Shown: piece after piece, positions 9,304-20,171 of the stretch
Layout of the letters: each line of letters begins with the position of its first letter
How positions within the stretch are numbered: position 1 is the first letter of the stretch
NCBI GenBank assembly: GCA_963797095.1
Contig: CAWCNY010000002.1
Location: 576,001 to 640,000 of the forward strand
Source of the DNA: an uncultured Chloroflexia bacterium
GTDB lineage: Bacteria; Chloroflexota; Chloroflexia; QHBQ01; JADMIH01
Length of the DNA stretch: 64,000 nucleotides
Direction: 5' to 3'
The notes under the pieces: model-generated
Told to the model about the DNA's origin: nothing
The model's database searches: none
What the model saw: the letters and a program-made list of their open reading frames with translations, nothing else
Made by a program: the position numbers and the translations under genes

Positions 9304-10056
9304 ATGTCACAACAACCACAAGGCACGGCCAGATATGGGGTAGATGCGCCGGCTGTGATTCGCAACCTGGCGTTGGGTGGTGTGGCATGTATGGTGCTGG
9401 GAGGGGTTCTATTCCGTCTCTTATCAGATGGCCTGACCTGGCTCGGCACTATTCTTCTCATTTTTGGGCTGGCTACAGGCGTCAGCTATCTACTGACAGC
9501 GGGCCTTATGCTTCGGAGCAGCCTGTCAGGTAAGTCACATACCCTGGACCGGTTGGTCAACTCGCTCAACTTGCGCGGCGATGAAAACGTGCTCGATATG
9601 GGCTGTGGGCGGGGCATTCTCATGAACAAGGTCGCGAAGCACCTCCCCAGCGGCAAAGTGGTCGGCCTTGACCTGTGGCAGAAGGCGGACCAATCGGGTA
9701 ACAGCCCGGAAGCCACGCTTGCCAACGCACGAGCCGAGGGCGTGGCCGACCGCGTTGAGATAAGGACCGGCGACATGCGCCGGATGCCGTTTCCCGGCAA
9801 CACCTTCGATGTGGTCGTTTCCAGTCTTGCTATCCACAATATCGCCGACAAAGAGGGCAGGGAGCAGGCGGTGGGCGAGGTCGCCCTGGTGCTGAAACCG
9901 GGTGGGCGGGCGGCCTTGCTCGATTTCCAGAAGACGGAAGAATACGCTGCCACCCTTGAGGGGTTAGGCTGGCAGGATGTGACCCGTTCAGGGACCATAT
10001 ACAGCATGTTCCCGCCGGTACGTGTGGTTACGGGCACCAAGCCCCTGGACCGATAG
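9304..10056 (+). CDS. Class I SAM-dependent methyltransferase with N-terminal TM segments
   Basis: YGVDAP start, motif I VLDMGCGRG, GDMRRMPF..FDVVVS, VLKPGG. Confidence 0.9.
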   Translation: MSQQPQGTARYGVDAPAVIRNLALGGVACMVLGGVLFRLLSDGLTWLGTILLIFGLATGVSYLLTAGLMLRSSLSGKSHTLDRLVNSLNLRGDENVLDMGCGRGILMNKVAKHLPSGKVVGLDLWQKADQSGNSPEATLANARAEGVADRVEIRTGDMRRMPFPGNTFDVVVSSLAIHNIADKEGREQAVGEVALVLKPGGRAALLDFQKTEEYAATLEGLGWQDVTRSGTIYSMFPPVRVVTGTKPLDR

Positions 10057-10066
10057 CCCGGCACGC

Positions 10067-10096
10067 TTGACAATCCGTTTGACTGTCGCTTACAAT
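10067..10096 (+). promoter_or_regulatory. Sigma70-type promoter
   Basis: TTGACA-N18-TACAAT upstream of the glycoside hydrolase gene. Confidence 0.5.
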
Positions 10097-10212
10097 CCCA
10101 TCAACAAACAGACTTAAGCGCCTCTGCTCAAGTGCCTATATTTCGTGCCACGTATTACGCCTTGAGCTATACGTTCTATACTTACGCTCCAATCTCGCAA
10201 TGGCGGGGGATC

Positions 10213-11853
10213 ATGCAGGGCAAGAGCCGCGCGGGCAACGCGCTCACCACTCGCACGCCAAAGCTGAAGCTGCTCATCGCAGCCCTGGTTCTCTTAGGAA
10301 ACCTGGGCCTCTGGTCGTCCCTTCAGGGAGCGGTCCCGGCGCACGCACAAACCCCCATTGATTTCCCTGAGACAGGCTTCACGGTCAGCGACCCCTTTCT
10401 GACCTACTGGCAGGAGCGTGGCGGCCTCTTTTCCTATGGCTACCCGATCAGCACGACCCTGAATGAAGATGGGTTGCTGGTGCAGTATTTCGAGCGCGCC
10501 CGCTTCGAGCTACACCCGGAGAACGAAGGCACTCCATACGAGGTACTCCTATCACCACTCGGTATCGAGCTTACGCAGGGGCGTGAATTCTCGTTCGGGC
10601 AACCTGCGGACGCGGGCGACGGTACCTATTTCCCTGAGACGAGCCACACGCTGCAAGGCAAGTTTCTCGATTACTGGGAGAGTTATGGGGGGCTTGCCCG
10701 CTTTGGCTACCCCATAAGCGAGGAGTTGGACGAGGTCAATAAGCAGGATGGCCGCACATACACGGTTCAGTACTTCGAGCGTGCCCGTATGGAATTGCAC
10801 CCAGAGAATGACTCTCCCTATGATGTGCTGCTGGGGCAGATCGGCAAGCAGATGCTTACCCTGCGCGATAAGGCTTCGGCGTTTGTTACCACGCAAGGCA
10901 GCAATCTTGTGTACGGGCGCGACCTGGCGACCCTCAAGCTCAAGGGGTTCAACTACTTCCCGCGCGACTTTGCCTGGAGAGATTTCGGGAGCTGGCCTGC
11001 GGAGCGCGTGGCGGCTGAGCTTGATGTAGCGAAGAGCCTGAGAGCAAATGCGCTGCGGGTGTTTATAAGGATGGACGCGTTTGGGGGGCCGGACGCCGGG
11101 TGGAGCGAGCAGGAGGGGTTCGAGCGCTTCGTGGAGATGGCAAAGGCGCGCGGCCTGTTCCTGGTAGTTAGCCTGTTTGATAGCTACAGGAAGTGGCCGG
11201 ATGATGGTTGGGACGATTGGCCCGCTTTCGGCACGCCGGAGGATGCGCAGGACAAAGCGTATTTGTCGGCGGTGGTGGGGAAGTGGAAGGATGAGCCGGA
11301 TATAGCGGCGTGGGACCTGTACAACGAGCCTGATTATGTGGGCGACAAGGAGTTCAGGTGGGACGAGCACAGGCTTAATCGCATGGGGTGGCTGGCGCGT
11401 ATGGCGAGCGAGGTACGCCGCCTGGACCACAACCACCTGCTCACCATCGGGGTGGCTCTGTCAGAGTCCAATTTCCTACCTGGGTTGGGCGGGACGACGG
11501 TGAACGACCTGGTCGATTTCGTGTCGGTGCATTATTACACGCGCAACTACCCCGGCACCAGCCTGTATAATGTGCTTCAGGCTACAAAGCAACTCACGAA
11601 CAAGCCGATTGTGGTGGAAGAGATAGGTCAGGCCACCCTTCCCGGCGGCGAGGATATGAGCGGGGATGAAGATGTCCAGGCGCGCTTCCTCGATGAGGCG
11701 TTGCAGGGCGCACGCGCGGCCAATGCTAGCGGCGTGCTTGTGTGGACGCTATACGATTTTCCCTCGCACGCCAACGGCTCGGAAGGGCATTATGGACTGG
11801 TGAGGGAAGATGATACGCTTAAGCCTGCTGCCGAGGTTTTTCGTCAGTTCTAA
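10213..11853 (+). CDS. Secreted clan GH-A (GH5-like) glycoside hydrolase with two Chloroflexi-type FPETG/YFERAR repeats
   Basis: Signal peptide; two FPET...GYPIS...QYFERAR(F/M)ELHPEN repeats; acid/base WDLYNEP, SVHYY, nucleophile VVEEIG. Confidence 0.85.
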   Translation: MQGKSRAGNALTTRTPKLKLLIAALVLLGNLGLWSSLQGAVPAHAQTPIDFPETGFTVSDPFLTYWQERGGLFSYGYPISTTLNEDGLLVQYFERARFELHPENEGTPYEVLLSPLGIELTQGREFSFGQPADAGDGTYFPETSHTLQGKFLDYWESYGGLARFGYPISEELDEVNKQDGRTYTVQYFERARMELHPENDSPYDVLLGQIGKQMLTLRDKASAFVTTQGSNLVYGRDLATLKLKGFNYFPRDFAWRDFGSWPAERVAAELDVAKSLRANALRVFIRMDAFGGPDAGWSEQEGFERFVEMAKARGLFLVVSLFDSYRKWPDDGWDDWPAFGTPEDAQDKAYLSAVVGKWKDEPDIAAWDLYNEPDYVGDKEFRWDEHRLNRMGWLARMASEVRRLDHNHLLTIGVALSESNFLPGLGGTTVNDLVDFVSVHYYTRNYPGTSLYNVLQATKQLTNKPIVVEEIGQATLPGGEDMSGDEDVQARFLDEALQGARAANASGVLVWTLYDFPSHANGSEGHYGLVREDDTLKPAAEVFRQF

Positions 11854-11902
11854 GGTACGCTTTCGACGCAAGCTTTAGCTTAGTCGTGAGAGTTGGGGTT
11901 GC

Positions 11903-12439
11903 TCAGGTGGTTGCTCGTGTTTGAGTGTCCTTCCGGTTATCATGGTGATTGAGCCATTCCTGTAGCTGCTCAAGGTGCTCGCGATGGTGGTCACATGAGC
12001 CTTCCAGGACGCCGGATAGCGGGTAATCGGGTCGCCAAGAGTATGCGCCTTCGGTCAACAGGTCGGACTCGGGCGTGGCTTCTGCAAGCTCGATGAATTT
12101 CTGGAAGCCCGACTGCCAGCTACTGTAAACGTCGTCCCAGGTGCGGTCGCGGTTGGCGTTGTATATTTCGGCGTTATTCTTGTCGAGGGTGCCCTCGGTG
12201 TCGGGGTCGATGCCACCCGACCAGTCGGGGTATTGCGGGTCGGTGTCGTTGCGCGCCGCCTCTAAGCGGGCAATCGACACCTGCTGCCACGCCCACAGGT
12301 GACTCACCTCGTCCTTGATCGACATGCCATCGTGGAAGTCGGGTTTGGTGACCAGGCTTTCAGGCAGACTTGAAAGCAACGCATCCCAGGCGTTGTATAC
12401 CTCGGTGAGAGCAGCGATAAGCTCGGTTTTGCTGTTCAT
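11903..12439 (-). CDS. ClbS/DfsB (DinB-like) four-helix bundle protein
   Basis: SIKDEVSHLWAW ... DHHREH; start MNSKTEL after GGAG. Confidence 0.78.
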   Translation of the reverse strand: MNSKTELIAALTEVYNAWDALLSSLPESLVTKPDFHDGMSIKDEVSHLWAWQQVSIARLEAARNDTDPQYPDWSGGIDPDTEGTLDKNNAEIYNANRDRTWDDVYSSWQSGFQKFIELAEATPESDLLTEGAYSWRPDYPLSGVLEGSCDHHREHLEQLQEWLNHHDNRKDTQTRATT

Positions 12440-12547
12440 GGTGCTTCTCCTCAAATACGCAGCGAGTTATGTGGGGTATACACGGTAGTTCGCGGAAATA
12501 GAAAGGGCGAGCTTCAAACCCGTCCCTGCATCCAGATATGTTGGTCC

Positions 12548-15500
12548 TTAGACCTCTACCTCCATCATTCGCCGTAGCTCAACGATCTTATCGCGTATGG
12601 CTGCTGCCTTCTCGAACTCAAGGAGGCGAGCGGCGGCCTTCATCTGGCTTTCGAGGTCTTTGACCATCCTGCCGATCTCGTCTCTGTTGAGCACGATTTC
12701 GCCTGTAAACTCGACCGTGTATTCGGCCTTGGCCTCAGCTATCTGGCGCACTCGCTCGGTGATGTCGCGCACCTCTTTCTGGATAGAGGCGGGTTCGATG
12801 CCGTGCTCTTTGTTGTATGCGACCTGGATCTCGCGGCGGCGGTAGGTCTCCTCGATAGCGGCCTGCATCGAGCGGGTTACCACGTCGGCGTACATGATCA
12901 CGTGGCCTTCGACGTGGCGTGCTGCGCGCCCTATCTGCTGGATAAGAGAGTCGCGGGAGCGCAGGAAGCCCTCTTTGTCGGCGTCGAGGATGGCGACCAT
13001 AGACACTTCGGGGAGATCGAGGCCCTCGCGCAGGAGGTTGATGCCCACCACTACATCATAGATGCCGAGGCGCAGGTCACGCAGGATCTCGACGCGCTCT
13101 ATTACCTCGACCTCATGGTGGATGTAATGGGCTTTGATGCCCACCTCTCTGAGGTAGTCGGCGATCTGCTCGGCGAACTTGGTGCGCAGGGTAGTGACCA
13201 GGACGCGTTGGCCTTTGGCTATTCGCTCTTTGATCTGCTCCACAAGGTCGTCCACCTGGTTGACGGTCGGCTTCACCTCTATCGAGGGATCGACAAGCCC
13301 TGTGGGGCGGATGATAAGCTCCACTAACTGCTCTGAGTGTTCGTGCTCGTATGGGCCGGGGGTGGCGCTCACAAAGACGGCCTGATTGATGTGGCCCTCG
13401 AACTCGTTGAAGGTGAGGGGGCGGTTGTCGGCGGCAGACGGGAGGCGGAAGCCGTACTCGATGAGGGTTACTTTGCGCGAGCGGTCGCCGCCCGACATGC
13501 CGCGCACCTGTGGCAGGGTGATGTGGGACTCATCTACCATGAGGAGAGAGTCATTGGGGAAGTAGTCGAGGAGGGTCCAGGGTTGCTCACCGGGCTGGCG
13601 TCGGCCCAGGTGGCGTGAGTAGTTCTCCACGCCTGAGCAGTAACCTGTCTCCTGAAGCATTTCGAGGTCGTACTTGGTGCGCTGCTGAAGGCGTTGGGCC
13701 TCCACGATCTTACCCTCTGACTGTAGTTCGCCCACGCGCACGACCAACTCTTCTTCTATGTCCTGGATGGCGGCTGCCAACTTCTCTTCATTGGTGATGA
13801 AGTGCTTGGCCGGGTAGATATTGGCCTCGGTGCGCTCGATCAGCACCTCGCCGGTGAGGGGATCGAACTCAAGGATGCGCTCGATCTCATCGCCCCAGAA
13901 CTCGAAGCGCAGGCCCATCTCCTCGTAGGCGGGCACGACCTCAAGGGTATCGCCACGCACGCGGAAGGAGCCGCGGACGAGAGATTGATCGTTGCGGGAG
14001 TAGTGGATGTCGATCAGGTGGCGCAGGATGCGCTGCCTGCGGGTGCTTTCGCCCTTCTTGAGGGAGAGCACGGTCTTGCCGTACTCCTCAGGCGAGCCGA
14101 GGCCGAAGATGCAGGACACGGAGGCCACAATGATCACGTCGCGCCGCTCGAACAGCGAGCGGGTGGCTGCGTGGCGCAACTTATCGATCTCCTCGTTTAT
14201 GTCGGCGTCTTTTTCTATGTAGAGGTCGTGCTTGGGAACGTAGGCCTCGGGCTGATAGTAGTCATAATACGAAACGAAGTACTCAACAGCGTTGTTGGGG
14301 AAGAAGTCTTTGAACTCCTGGTAAAGCTGGGCGGCCAGTGTCTTGTTGTGGGCGAGGACCAGAGTGGGGCGCTGGGTCTGCTCTATGACAGACGCCATCA
14401 CGTAGGTATTGTGTACAAAGAATCCGCCTTGCCCTGCCAGAAATGTTTCAGCTCCAGGTACGCTAAAATCGTAAACATGGGGATGATGATATTCAATTTG
14501 CTCGACTGATGCTATTGGTGTCCAGCGCATCTCGCACAAAGTACGAAGAGATGACCAGATCTCCCACCACTGTTCGCCTATCTGGTCAGAACGTGCTTCT
14601 AGTTGTAATGTATTGAGAATAGCTAGTAGTGTAGAGCGTTGCGGCCTTCTTTTGTTGGTTTCAATTAGCTGCACAGTAGTTCGTACCACGCCTGAACGTT
14701 CACCCACCACCTTCGCGGGCAGGCAAAGTTGCAGGCGCAACCAGCGCAGGCGTGAGCCATCAATGGGTACAAGGTCCACATTTGAGTTTTGGTGGCTATG
14801 AAGGTGACCTTCCAACTTCGCCTGCTTATAATCAATTGAGAAGCCGATGCTTTCGTTGAAGCGTCGCAGATTAATTTGACCGGAGATAGTGACTTTGTAG
14901 TACCAATTCCCTGGATGGCTAGAGTTGGATGCTCGTTTCCAAGTCTTTGCGATGCGCGCCCAGATGCCGAAGCGTAACAGAGCATAAGCCAGGTCGGAAG
15001 CCAGTTGTCTGCTGGCAGTAATGGCTGTTAGAGAGTCTGCCCTGTCAACGGTTCCGTCACCGTCGAAATAAGCCTGAAGTAAATGACCAAGTGATTGGTT
15101 GCTCAATTGAGGCCAGAAGTCCGGCAGCTTCTTACTGCATGCATCTTTGCCGCAGAGATCGCCAAGTATTGTTGAAAGAGGCAATGATGAGACTTGATAA
15201 TCCGAGGAGGGCTGGACAGAGAAGGCTACGCCGAGTTGAACCAAGGCTTGTTCGACCCTGTCTCGCACTCCTTCATTTTGGTTGGCTATTATGAAGAAGC
15301 CAGATTTCGCCTGACAGTTGCCTTCGGCGATATAGTAGCCCACAAGGCGTAGTAACTCCGTAGAGAGCGTCAGTCTGCCGGGGAGAGCCTGGCGTGTTCG
15401 TTTGCCACCAACCTGGGCTGCTTCCGGCTTCCAGTATCCACCAAGGTTACCAGTGGCTTTGAGAACATCCTCAAATACCGAGACTTCTATGCCGCGGCCA

Positions 15501-16222
15501 TGTCCGCCATGCTGGATAGAATATAGCTTGTTGTAGCCAGAAATACCGTGTTTACTGATTGCCTGGATGAAAGTTTCGGCTCCATGCTCTCTGGTATATG
15601 ACGTTATAGCATCTTGAGCTTCCACGAAAAGTCGTCTACCAGAGAGGGCTGCTAAAGTATCAAAGGATGCTAAGTTACCTTCTGCCAAGAGCATCTCCGG
15701 TACGGGTATATAGTCGGTTTGCCGGGCGTCCCCGGTTTCAATGAGTTGCAGGCGACCCTCTCGAAGCACCCACAAGTTGTGATCCGCGGTAAGAGTAACG
15801 CTACGGCCACAAGCTGTGGTCAGGTTATACATCTTCTTGGTGGGTGTGTGGCGGGTAAAGGCTGAAATTTTGTAAAGCTCGACCACGCAAGTGGATGGGT
15901 TGAATGATTGTGTGTAATACTCAGCCGATAAGCTTTTAGTATCGAGTATGGTAGTGTGATTTTCGTGTCGTAGATGCGGCGCATGGCTCTCCATCAGCGT
16001 GTCGATGAGGGAACCTATCTCGGTGATACGAGGTGTTTCTTTGCCATCGCGCTTTTCGACCACAAACACGGGGTCGCTGTAGCCTAGGCTCTTGCCTGTG
16101 CCTGTAGCTCCCAGGAGGGTCTGCTTTCTCATTCCATCGTTGAGCCCATCGAGCAACCTGGCGATGGCCTGGGGCTGGTCGCCCATCGGTCTAAAATCGG
16201 ATACTATCTTGAAATCGGGCAT
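12548..16222 (-). CDS. uvrB: Excinuclease ABC subunit B, interrupted by an intein
   Basis: GDQPQAI, Walker A GATGTGK|[45 protein letters not shown]-terminal UVR domain; exteins sum to 663 aa. Confidence 0.97.
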   Translation of the reverse strand: MPDFKIVSDFRPMGDQPQAIARLLDGLNDGMRKQTLLGATGTGKSLGYSDPVFVVEKRDGKETPRITEIGSLIDTLMESHAPHLRHENHTTILDTKSLSAEYYTQSFNPSTCVVELYKISAFTRHTPTKKMYNLTTACGRSVTLTADHNLWVLREGRLQLIETGDARQTDYIPVPEMLLAEGNLASFDTLAALSGRRLFVEAQDAITSYTREHGAETFIQAISKHGISGYNKLYSIQHGGHGRGIEVSVFEDVLKATGNLGGYWKPEAAQVGGKRTRQALPGRLTLSTELLRLVGYYIAEGNCQAKSGFFIIANQNEGVRDRVEQALVQLGVAFSVQPSSDYQVSSLPLSTILGDLCGKDACSKKLPDFWPQLSNQSLGHLLQAYFDGDGTVDRADSLTAITASRQLASDLAYALLRFGIWARIAKTWKRASNSSHPGNWYYKVTISGQINLRRFNESIGFSIDYKQAKLEGHLHSHQNSNVDLVPIDGSRLRWLRLQLCLPAKVVGERSGVVRTTVQLIETNKRRPQRSTLLAILNTLQLEARSDQIGEQWWEIWSSLRTLCEMRWTPIASVEQIEYHHPHVYDFSVPGAETFLAGQGGFFVHNTYVMASVIEQTQRPTLVLAHNKTLAAQLYQEFKDFFPNNAVEYFVSYYDYYQPEAYVPKHDLYIEKDADINEEIDKLRHAATRSLFERRDVIIVASVSCIFGLGSPEEYGKTVLSLKKGESTRRQRILRHLIDIHYSRNDQSLVRGSFRVRGDTLEVVPAYEEMGLRFEFWGDEIERILEFDPLTGEVLIERTEANIYPAKHFITNEEKLAAAIQDIEEELVVRVGELQSEGKIVEAQRLQQRTKYDLEMLQETGYCSGVENYSRHLGRRQPGEQPWTLLDYFPNDSLLMVDESHITLPQVRGMSGGDRSRKVTLIEYGFRLPSAADNRPLTFNEFEGHINQAVFVSATPGPYEHEHSEQLVELIIRPTGLVDPSIEVKPTVNQVDDLVEQIKERIAKGQRVLVTTLRTKFAEQIADYLREVGIKAHYIHHEVEVIERVEILRDLRLGIYDVVVGINLLREGLDLPEVSMVAILDADKEGFLRSRDSLIQQIGRAARHVEGHVIMYADVVTRSMQAAIEETYRRREIQVAYNKEHGIEPASIQKEVRDITERVRQIAEAKAEYTVEFTGEIVLNRDEIGRMVKDLESQMKAAARLLEFEKAAAIRDKIVELRRMMEVEV
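14408..16090 (-). mobile_element. Intein (561 aa) with LAGLIDADG homing endonuclease and Xre-type HTH, inserted in the UvrB P-loop
   Basis: Begins S-L-G after GK; block B TLTADH; LAGLIDADG motifs LVGYYIAEG and [10 protein letters not shown]; block F/G VYDFSV...FFVHN followed by Thr +1. Confidence 0.95.
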
Positions 16223-16351
16223 GCTCTACTATCTCTCTTCTAAGTGTGGGAACTTAATTATCTATCCTTATATTATACCACCCCAACTGACATCTCGTGT
16301 CAGGATTGGGGTGGCGGTTCTATATTCGTATGAGCTTGAGGCTCCTAACTT

Positions 16352-17168
16352 TTAGTCAGATCTCTTCAATTCCTGCATTATGCTCTCCCGTTGCTTCTTG
16401 AACTGGTCTACTAAGGAGTAATCGCTCCTCTTGGTTGCTGCCCGTTCCAGTTTTCCAAGGACCTTAATCATTTCTCGTTTAGCTTCCAATTCCGTCAAAA
16501 TAGCCAAGCTCTGTTGATAAAGAGAACTCGCTTTATCGTGCTCATTCTCGATGTACGCTATGTCACCTAGACTACTCAAGGTACGGCTTATATCCAATTT
16601 GATCCCTAACTCCCTCGACAGTGCTAGGCTCTGCTCATACAAGGAACCTGCCTTTTGATAATCGCCTCGGGCGTAAGCTATGTCCCCTAGATTGCTCAAA
16701 GTGTAAGCAATACCCCAACTATCGCCCAGTTTTCTCCAATTGGCAAGACTTTCTTCAAAGTACGAGTTTGCCTTATCGTAGTCACCTTGAAGATAGGCGA
16801 TTTCTCCTAGATTATTTAGTGAATGAGCAACTCCTGACTTATCACCCAGCTCCCTTTTCAGTACAATACTTTCAGAATAATAAGATTGTGCTTGCTCGTA
16901 TTCATTCTGGGCCTGCGCCAGTTCGCCCAGATTAGTCAGAATTTGAGCGATCCCCAGCTCATTACCAATTTGCCTCCTTATGAGGAGACTCTGCTGAAGT
17001 AGAAGGTCGGCCTCCCGAAAGTCACCCTGGGCGGAAGCTATCAGACCTAAGTTTTGTAGTCCATACGCAATACCTGATTTCACTCCTAATTCGGTCGCTA
17101 TGGAAAGACTCTCTTGATAAAGCGAACGTGCTTCATTGTACTTCCCTTCTGTGGAGGCAAATAAGCCC
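16352..17168 (-). pseudogene. Tetratricopeptide-repeat protein, 5'-truncated by IS256
   Basis: Tandem TPRs (GIA..L.NLG.IA..QGDY..A..YYEESL...RELG). The frame continues upstream of the track start up to the IS end at 17169 with no native start. Confidence 0.8.
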
Positions 17169-18494
17169 GGTTGGTGTATTATCTTTTCTGTAAATTGGGA
17201 AATGTGGACCGGCTGAGATAGACAGCAGGTCAGGGTGTATCCTTTGAGTTGCGAAACACCAAAAGGAGGGCACCCATGACCTACCAGCCAGATTATACGT
17301 TATCGCAGGAACTGTTGGAACGTCTCAACGAAGAAGGATTAGACGCTTTACCAGAGATGATTCGAATCGTCATTAACTCAGCTATGCAAGCTGAGCGGCT
17401 CAAATAGTTGGGTGTTGGTGCTCCTTACGAGCGCTCTGCGGAGCGGCAGGACCAGTCCAACGGTTACAAGCCAAAGACGCTCAAGACCAGAGTGGGTGAG
17501 ATTACCTTCTCTGTGCCCCAGGTGCGACAGGGCGACTTCTACCCTGGAGCCCTGGAGAAGGGACTGCGCTCGGAGCGTGCTCTCACACTGGCGTTGGCAG
17601 AGATGTACGTGCAAGGGGTCTCGACGCGCAGAGTGGCAGCCATCACCGAGAAGCTATGCGGTACCCAGGTATCCAGTGCTGCAGTGAGCCGAGCTGCCTC
17701 CCAGTTGGACGAGGTGCTGGAAGGGTGGCGCAACCGACCGCTGGGGGAGTGTCCCTACCTTATCCTGGATGCCCGTTATGAGAAGGTGAGGCAGGACGGG
17801 CAGGTGAGAGACGCTGCAGTGCTGATTGGTATTGGCATCACCCGTGCAGGGCGACGGCAACTGCTGGGAGTATCGGTATCTTTGAGCGAGTATGAGGTGC
17901 ATTGGCGCACCTTCCTGCAGAGCCTGGTATCGAGGGGGCTATCAGGAGTGAGGATGACAACATCCGACGCTCATGAGGGGCTGGGGGCAGCACGCAAGGC
18001 GGTATTCGGAGGAGTGCCCTGGCAGCGGTGCCAGTTTCATCTGCAGCAGAATGCCCAGGCTTATGTTCCCCGGCAGGAGATGAAAGCTGAGGTAGCCCAG
18101 GACATTAGAGCCATCTTCTCGGCATCATCATTGGAGCAGGCCAAACAGATGCTGGACAAAGCGGTTGCGAAGTATGAGAAGAGCGCTGCTCGCCTATCGC
18201 ACTGGCTGCAAAACAACATCTTGGAAGGGTTGACCGTCTTTGCCCTCCCACAATCACAGTGGCGATCCCTTCGCACCACCAACGGGCTGGAACGCATCAA
18301 CCAGGAGGTACGCCGGCGGACCAGAGTGGTGGGGATCTTCCCCAACGAGGCGAGTTGCCTGCGCTTGGTGACGGCAGTGCTGATGGAGATCAGCGACGAA
18401 TGGGAGACAGGCCGAGCTTACATGACTTTTGACTACTGATTGACCAATTTAGAGGAACACCCTGACCAATTTACAGAAAAAGGCTTGCATAATC
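17169..18494 (+). mobile_element. IS256-family insertion sequence
   Basis: Imperfect terminal inverted repeats share TTTTCTGTAAATTGG / CCAATTTACAGAAAA; Mutator-type transposase inside; flanks (ATAAGCCC vs TAGTGCGC) are not duplicated. Confidence 0.85.
17276..18439 (+). pseudogene. IS256-family transposase with in-frame nonsense codon
   Basis: ATG 17276 after AGGAGG; TAG at 17405-17407 (codon 44) in ...AERLK*LGVGAPYERS; downstream YLILDARYEKVR, SDAHEGL, WQRCQFH, RTTNGLERINQE. Confidence 0.88.
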
Positions 18495-19885
18495 TAGTGC
18501 GCTACTTCGCCCAGACCTTCCGCCACTGCTTCAGCAAGCCTCAATTCCAGTACTTTGTTACCGTACTGCTGGCTCTGCTGTTGTGCTTGGAAGCTCGCAC
18601 CCTGTGTGGGCTGCACCGTACTGTGTGCGGAGTACGCACTCGCGCTTACTGTGGTCTGAGCCGCTTCTTGAGCCGTGCTCCATGGGACCACTCGGCGCTG
18701 GTAGAGGCCTGGTGTGCTCGTTTCCGAGGACAACTGGCTCCCCAAGTAGCCGCCGAGCGTGCCCGCTTGCGTGCGCAGCGCCCACTCTATGGTGGTCGAG
18801 GGCGTCCTCCTGCTTGTGTAACCCGAGTGACCGGTTACTTGATTGGGGACGACTCCACCATGCATAAGCCCAAAGGCCGCAAGATGGCGGCAATAGGCCG
18901 CCACTTCTCCTCGACAGTGGGACACCCAGTGCAAGGGCACAGCATGTTGACCACCCTGTATGTGTTGTTGGGTCGGCGCTGTCCCCAGACGCCTGGTCTT
19001 TACCGCCAGCGAGAGGTCTGCATTCGAGAGGGTGTGCCCTTCAAGAGCAAGATCGACCTGATGGTGGAGCAGATCCAAAGCTTTGAGCCAGTGGGAGGGA
19101 CCAACACCCATGTGCTGGTGGACAGTTGGTTTGGGTGCAAGGAGGTGTGGAAGGCGGCAAGGAGGCGAGCCTTCCATATTACCAGTGGACTGAAGGCTAA
19201 CCGCTCGATCCGGGTAGCAGACCCTGCACAAGCTGCACAAGCTGCACATGGGTGGCGCTGGCAGACGTTGCCGGAGTACGCAGCGGGCTTGACTGAAGCG
19301 GATTACAAGGTGGTACGCTGGCCCAGGGACGAACTCGGCTCCGGCTCCGAAGGAGAGAAAGAATGCAAGAAGGGCACTGTGTACGCACATGCGATCACCA
19401 CCAGAGTGCGCAAGCTGTACAAGTGCCAGGTGCTGGTGGTGCGGCAGAGCCTTTGTGCCCCTCTCTCTCAGGCGAGGTATTGGCTCAGGCGAGGTATTGG
19501 GCGTCGAGTGACTTGGAGGCAAGCGTGGAGCAGTTGGTGGGGCACGTAGCAGCACGCTGGGACATCGAGGTGCTGTTCGCCGACTGCAGGGAGTTGCTGG
19601 GGCTGGACCAGTACCAACTGATGAGCGCCACAGCAATCGAGCGGTTCTGGACGTTGGTGTTGGCGGCGTACACCCTTCTGGATGAGCAGCGTGCCAGTTT
19701 GCAGGCCAGCACGAGCGAGCACGTTCGTGTGACCATAGGGGATGCGCGCAGAGAAATGCAGCGAGTGCATCGGCGGCACTTGCTGGATTGGCTGCATAAG
19801 CAGTTTGTGGCGGGTGTTCCTCAGGAGCATTTGTATGACCTATTCGCCGCTTAAGTGGCCGAATCTAAAATCTGCAAAGATAGAG
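18495..19885 (+). mobile_element. IS701-like element remnant; DDE transposase 5'-truncated and frameshifted
   Basis: GYLIGDDST, VLVDSWFG, RWDIEVLF...LLGLDQYQ; a 17-bp tandem duplication at 19467-19500 shifts the frame; stop at 19854; probable right end ...CTGCAAAGATAGAG. Confidence 0.8.
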
Positions 19886-20171
19886 AAGTATATCGTAAGA
19901 TTGGGCCAACTAAAATGGGCTGGCACAAGATCCGTCCTTCCGAGGTTAATGCGACAGCATTGAGCCTCATTCCCATCACACAAATACGAGTATCTTATCA
20001 GGTATAGTAGGCCGCATAGGACAATTATCCGTCTGTCATAAGACTTCTTGACTATAGGATTTGGGTTCGCGGTAGCATACTATACTAATAAGCTACGGCG
20101 GGCGTAGTTGCATATGCGCGTTCTCGCTTGCCGAGGCTTGCTTGAGGAAGGCTTCAGCACAGGAGGATGAC

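Noticed and set aside
16223-16350. LexA box upstream of uvrB
   Set aside because: No GAAC-N4-GTTC match found.
17405-17407. In-frame TAG as pyrrolysine or readthrough
   Set aside because: A simple Tyr-to-stop mutation in a decaying IS is more parsimonious; no pyl genes are seen.
18440-18494. Track start of the 369-aa ORF (MTNLEEHPDQFTEKG)
   Set aside because: These codons are the IS256 right end, not part of the IS701-like transposase.
18494-19636. 380-aa minus-strand ORF
   Set aside because: Antisense shadow of the IS701-like transposase with no recognisable motifs; the same applies to the many overlapping GC-rich shadow ORFs in the track.
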